From positions 1 to 63,865 of the forward strand of contig JAUCBJ010007793.1 in assembly GCA_032718475.1 (NCBI GenBank): DNA of 63,865 nucleotides, read 5' to 3'. The stretch's first letter is position 1, and each line of letters opens with the position of its first letter. The notes under the pieces are model-generated. The model was not told where the DNA came from. It ran no database searches and worked only from the letters and a program-made list of their open reading frames with translations. The stretch comes from Nemertoderma westbladi (lineage: Eukaryota; Animalia; Xenacoelomorpha). A program made the translations under genes and the position numbers. Shown piece after piece: positions 59,577 through 63,865 of the stretch.

Positions 59577-61159
59577 GCCTACCCTACAAAGAAGTAGGCG
59601 TAACTTCAAACTAGGAATAAGCCTATTCGATATTGGACTCGTGTAGCTTGTCCGAGCTGATAAAATTACCGACAGTCCTACTTGCATGCCTCTGTAACTG
59701 TGTAAATGCGAGCAATAATTAAAATTTTATATTACCATACTGTACTTACGAACTACTGAACTACGATGTAACAACATTGATTTGAAGACTGCAATACTGG
59801 TACCAGTACCTTTGTTTTATGCCGGCCTTCAAACTGTTTGTAAAATATTTAGGCCTAATTTAGGACTGTCAGAGTTTATTTGACTTGGTCTTGTAGTTGT
59901 AGATTTGTATCTCAATATGCAGATATGTACCGGTACCGTACCAGCAGGAGCAGTAGCAGTATTTGTATGTCCATTACTGCAGCCGCCTACGGGTGTACTC
60001 GTACTGACAACTGATACCTGCAAACTGGTCAGCCGGTACGAACTACAGAACTGCATTGATAATCTAGTAATTGCTTGTTTGTTTTATATTCATATAGGCC
60101 TATTCGTCCATTGCTTGTACTTACTGCATTGTACATGTTTGTGGGGCCTTCGCGCAGCATGAGGCTCAGTTATGAGATACAAATTGAAATTGAGCGATTA
60201 TATCAGCGATGCCAAGAAATTCACGTTCAAACATTTACCAGACAGACAGATGGACATGCCCCATTTCACTTGCCCTATATGAACTGCATTCTAAGGCTCG
60301 CTGACTGTGTCTCGCCCCACATTCAGACATTGATAATAATTGTGTAGTAGTCCTATCGGTTATTTTAGGGAACGGTTTTGATGCAGCTCCACAAGCCCCA
60401 AAATCTATGTAACGCTAGTGTTACTGTTTAATATGTGTTGTGTACAGCAATATAGATATTCAGATACACGGCTAGCCCCACTACTTATTCGTGCTGGTAA
60501 ATCTAGACTATTACCTTACTTTTCACTTACTTTTCACTTACTTTCACTTACTTTTCAGTTACTTTTCACTTACTTACCCTTTTACATGCTTATCTTACAT
60601 ACTTACATAGTTAAGATGATTTATTGTTATTATTGCTGTTATTATCGTTGTTGCTCATTATGTATTAACATTGTTTAAAGGAAACATCTCGTTTTATTTA
60701 CCACCATAATAGGTGAGTTGCTAACTTCGAGTATTGTGCCCTACAGGCGACAACGGTTCAAACGTATTGAGTGTGTATGACATCCAACACTGTAATATTA
60801 TTTGGCAGTGATTTTTTATGTCCTTTTATTTGACTTTTTTTGTCATTTTTTTTTACGAATTATGCATAATGACTTTTGTTGTCCATTTAATGACTTTTAT
60901 TGTCCTTTTAATGACTTTTTATGTATGTATTTCTTCAACTGTCAGACTGCTGATTTCTGGACTGTCAGACAGTTGATTTCACTATGCCTGTGCCAACACA
61001 TTCCATGATTCCATGATTTATAGACTATGAGATAGATTTCCATATGCGCCTGTGGTAAAAAGACTCTATATTTAATAGTTTGTGGTTGTTGTCGATAATC
61101 GATTACCACATGACGTAGCAAAACACTCATTTTATAGCCAAAAACAATTACCAATTGAT

Positions 61160-61790
61160 GGAAAGGAGCAGGTTAAGGCCGAGTTTTCTAACCAAAACAA
61201 TAAACAGTCACTTTACCAAATCAGGGAAAGGAGCAGGTTACAGAGACGGGATTTTCTAACCAAAACAATAAACGATCACTTAACTAATTGAGGGAAAGGA
61301 GCAGGTTACAGAGGCGGGATTTTCTAACCAAAACAATAAACGATCAGTTAACTTATTGAGGGAAAGGAGCAGGTTACAGAGGCGGGATTTTCTAACCAAA
61401 ACAATAAACGATCATTTAACTAATTGAGGGAAAGGGACAGGTTACAGAGGCGGAATTTTCTAACCAAAACAATAAACGATCACTTAACTAATTGAGGGAA
61501 AGGAGCAGGTTACAGAGGCGGGATTTTCTAACCAAAACAATAAACGATCATTTAACTAATTGAGGGAAAGGGGCAGGTTACAGAGGCGGGCCTTTCTAAC
61601 CAAAACAATAAACGGTCACTTTACCAATTCAGGGAAAGGAGCAGGTTACAGAGGCGGGATTTTCTAACCAAAACAATAAACTATCATTTAACTAATTGAG
61701 GGAAAGGGGCAGGTTACAGAGGCGGGATTTTCTAACCAAAACAATAAACGATCATTTAACTAATTGAGGGAAGGAGCAGGTTACAGAGAC
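61160..61790. repeat. 68-bp minisatellite, about 9 units
   Basis: Unit GAGGGAAAGGAGCAGGTTACAGAGGCGGGATTTTCTAACCAAAACAATAAACGATCACTTAACTAATT. Confidence 0.95.
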
Positions 61791-62231
61791 GATAAAACTA
61801 ATACAGTAATAGGCCTAAATTATGTGAAAGGTATATCCACATTTTAAAAATCCTGCTATCCAATTTGGCCTATCAATTATTTAAAATTTATTAGCACAAC
61901 CGGTAGGCCTACCATTACCGTATTTAAATGGTAGGCTACACAGTAGGCCTATAGCAGTACCGGTGCCGATACCGGTACTAAAATACATAAATACCTGCTT
62001 TATACCTACATCTGTACATACAATACAGCAAAATAGTGCTATATATACTAATACCGGTACTGATAGCCTGAGAGAACAGCAGTAGAGAAACCGGTAGCAT
62101 GGAACCTAACATTAGACTTTTGGAGGACATATAAAATAAAAAAAAAGGACAAAAAAAGGATTTAAACGGACAATAAAAATTATTGCGATATTATTTACCA
62201 ACACGAACACAAGCATTCATAACAAATATAT

Positions 62232-62395
62232 TTAAGATCAATGTATAGCAATATCGATTCAATAGTACGAGTAATAAGTATACTTACCCTATACCTAGAC
62301 CTTTCACACTTTCACTTCACCATTTCACTTCAAAAATTATTAATTCATAATAAGTTATAATTACGAATACTTGCATACAACGTAGTGAAACGGAA
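62232..62395 (+). repeat. About 145-bp direct repeat, copy 2 (with a small internal TTTCAC expansion)
   Basis: Matches 37300..37444. Confidence 0.9.
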
Positions 62396-62651
62396 CTGTC
62401 TACACGTATATTACAACATATCCCCCCCTAATTTCAGTTTACAGCCATCAATATCTACTGTACTTTACGTCCCACCTATTGTATCAAAGTAACTATCCGT
62501 TGTATAAGTGCTCCCACGGATTCGTGGGTACACCGAGGCAATTAGTACTTTACGACTGACTAGGTCTAGTGGGGTGTTTGAACTTCGAAATTGGGTTACG
62601 CGATCGAACTTTATATTACCATTGAGAACTGTAAAATTAATCTTGTCTTAA

Positions 62652-63362
62652 GGGGGGGGTACACCAATTTGGTCCAAAATATGTCGAAATTTTTTTTATG
62701 GTCTATTATAATGCACCATTGAATGGTGTTTCCAAATCTGAAAACCGCTATTTAATAGCTCTTTTAGTTTTCAAGTTATGTAAATTACCATTTACGGAAT
62801 CCTATTGAAATTACTATTACTATGTATAATGAAAGGTCGATTATCTCCAAATATTTTTTTCATGAAATTGTCAACTTCAAAACCCTACTACTTCTACAAT
62901 TTTTGAGTAATTAGTCTGAAACTTCCTGTGGGTGTCTAGATAGCCACCCTGCATAAAAGTATCAGGCAACTTTTCAAAATTTTTTGTTAATAAAATTTAA
63001 TACTATTTATAAAAAACCTAAAAATTTGCATAAATTTGCAGCGCCACCTAGCGGTGCAGAATTATTTTAACAAAATGTCGCCTGATAGTTATGTTGCCCC
63101 ATCTTTGATCTATCATATAAAAAAAATTTCATGTGATTAGGTTCAAAACTGTAAAAGCCTTAGGGTTTTAAGCGCAACCAAGTTTTTTTTGTTGTTAACT
63201 AGTATTAACTAATATTAAATAACGAAAAAAAAATTTTTTCTGACCTGTCATGTAGAATAGCATCTTAGGCACCTACATGCCAAATTTTAGCCAAAATCAA
63301 ACAATTTTGAAACGCTGAGAGTGATAAATCGAAGAGTTGTACGAAAATGGTGTACCCCCCCC
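62652..63362. mobile_element. Kolobok-like non-autonomous element with TTAA target duplication
   Basis: TTAA|GGGGGGGGTACACCA..TGGTGTACCCCCCCC|TTAA. Confidence 0.88.
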
Positions 63363-63574
63363 TTAAATGCCTCGACATCCGATGAGAGAAATCTTGTAAT
63401 TAAACTATTGTTATTAATTCCATTAGTCACCTGAGGTCAAGCCACCCTACCCTAACTGTTTAATATGAGAATGCCTTCTTAGGTTGTTTCGAGTTATCAC
63501 TGTTTTCCGGTCTGACCGTCAAGATGTAAATTTAGACAGAGCCAGATAAGATAATAGCAATTGTCTGGAATATG

Positions 63575-63865
63575 TGATTCTTTTACGTTAATTAACGTTA
63601 AGGTAATTAAGCGTTAAATATTATAATTATGTTTTTATCGCTGTCAGTTGTTTGTAATTTTTTAACGTTAAACATACAATATATTTTGACGATCCAAACT
63701 GATTGTCAGTAATATGTCATTTTTTAACGTTAAACATACAATATATTTTGACGATCAAAATACCTACCGTTTAAAAATAACGTTAATATACGTGAATTTT
63801 AACGTTAAAAGGGCGGCCAAACTAACGTTATTTATATGTATTATTAACGTTAATAATTAACGTTG
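63575..63865. repeat. AACGTT-rich degenerate repeats, likely subterminal region of a DNA transposon running off the window
   Basis: Many TAACGTTA motifs and a duplicated TTTTTAACGTTAAACATACAATATATTTTGACGATC. Confidence 0.55.

Noticed and set aside
60408-60790. Possible solo LTR or BEL2 3' LTR (TGTAAC..AACA)
   Set aside because: No matching TSD, no PPT and no second copy upstream of BEL2 gag.
61160-61790. 68-bp period as repeat plus spacer
   Set aside because: The whole unit is conserved, so it is a minisatellite.

Overview
AT-rich animal (probably marine invertebrate; inference) genomic DNA made almost entirely of nested transposable elements, with no clear host gene. From left to right: (1) the end of an IS3EU-like DNA transposon, with a HECT E3-ligase ORF converging on a DDE transposase; (2) MITEs; (3) a DD35D pogo element (8541-23872) carrying a young, TSD-flanked, non-autonomous BEL/Pao LTR element (BEL1, 8867-20878, minus strand); (4) a second pogo; (5) RTE LINEs; (6) an EnSpm/CACTA-type element with a spliced second gene; (7) a compact Gypsy-like LTR element (37954-42400, minus strand); (8) a second, related BEL element (BEL2, about 43035-59576, plus strand) disrupted by insertions; (9) minisatellites and a TTAA MITE. 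The most notable observations are: both BEL elements carry a large extra ORF behind pol, which in BEL2 has DEDDy/WRN-type exonuclease motifs and zinc knuckles; BEL1 lacks a tRNA primer site and instead has an exact 11-nt Tf1-style self-priming complement inside its own LTR; the Gypsy-like element's primer site is complementary to the 5' (not 3') 12 nt of a tRNA; and there is a well-formed type III hammerhead ribozyme. Family assignments come from motif recognition by eye, not from database searches.
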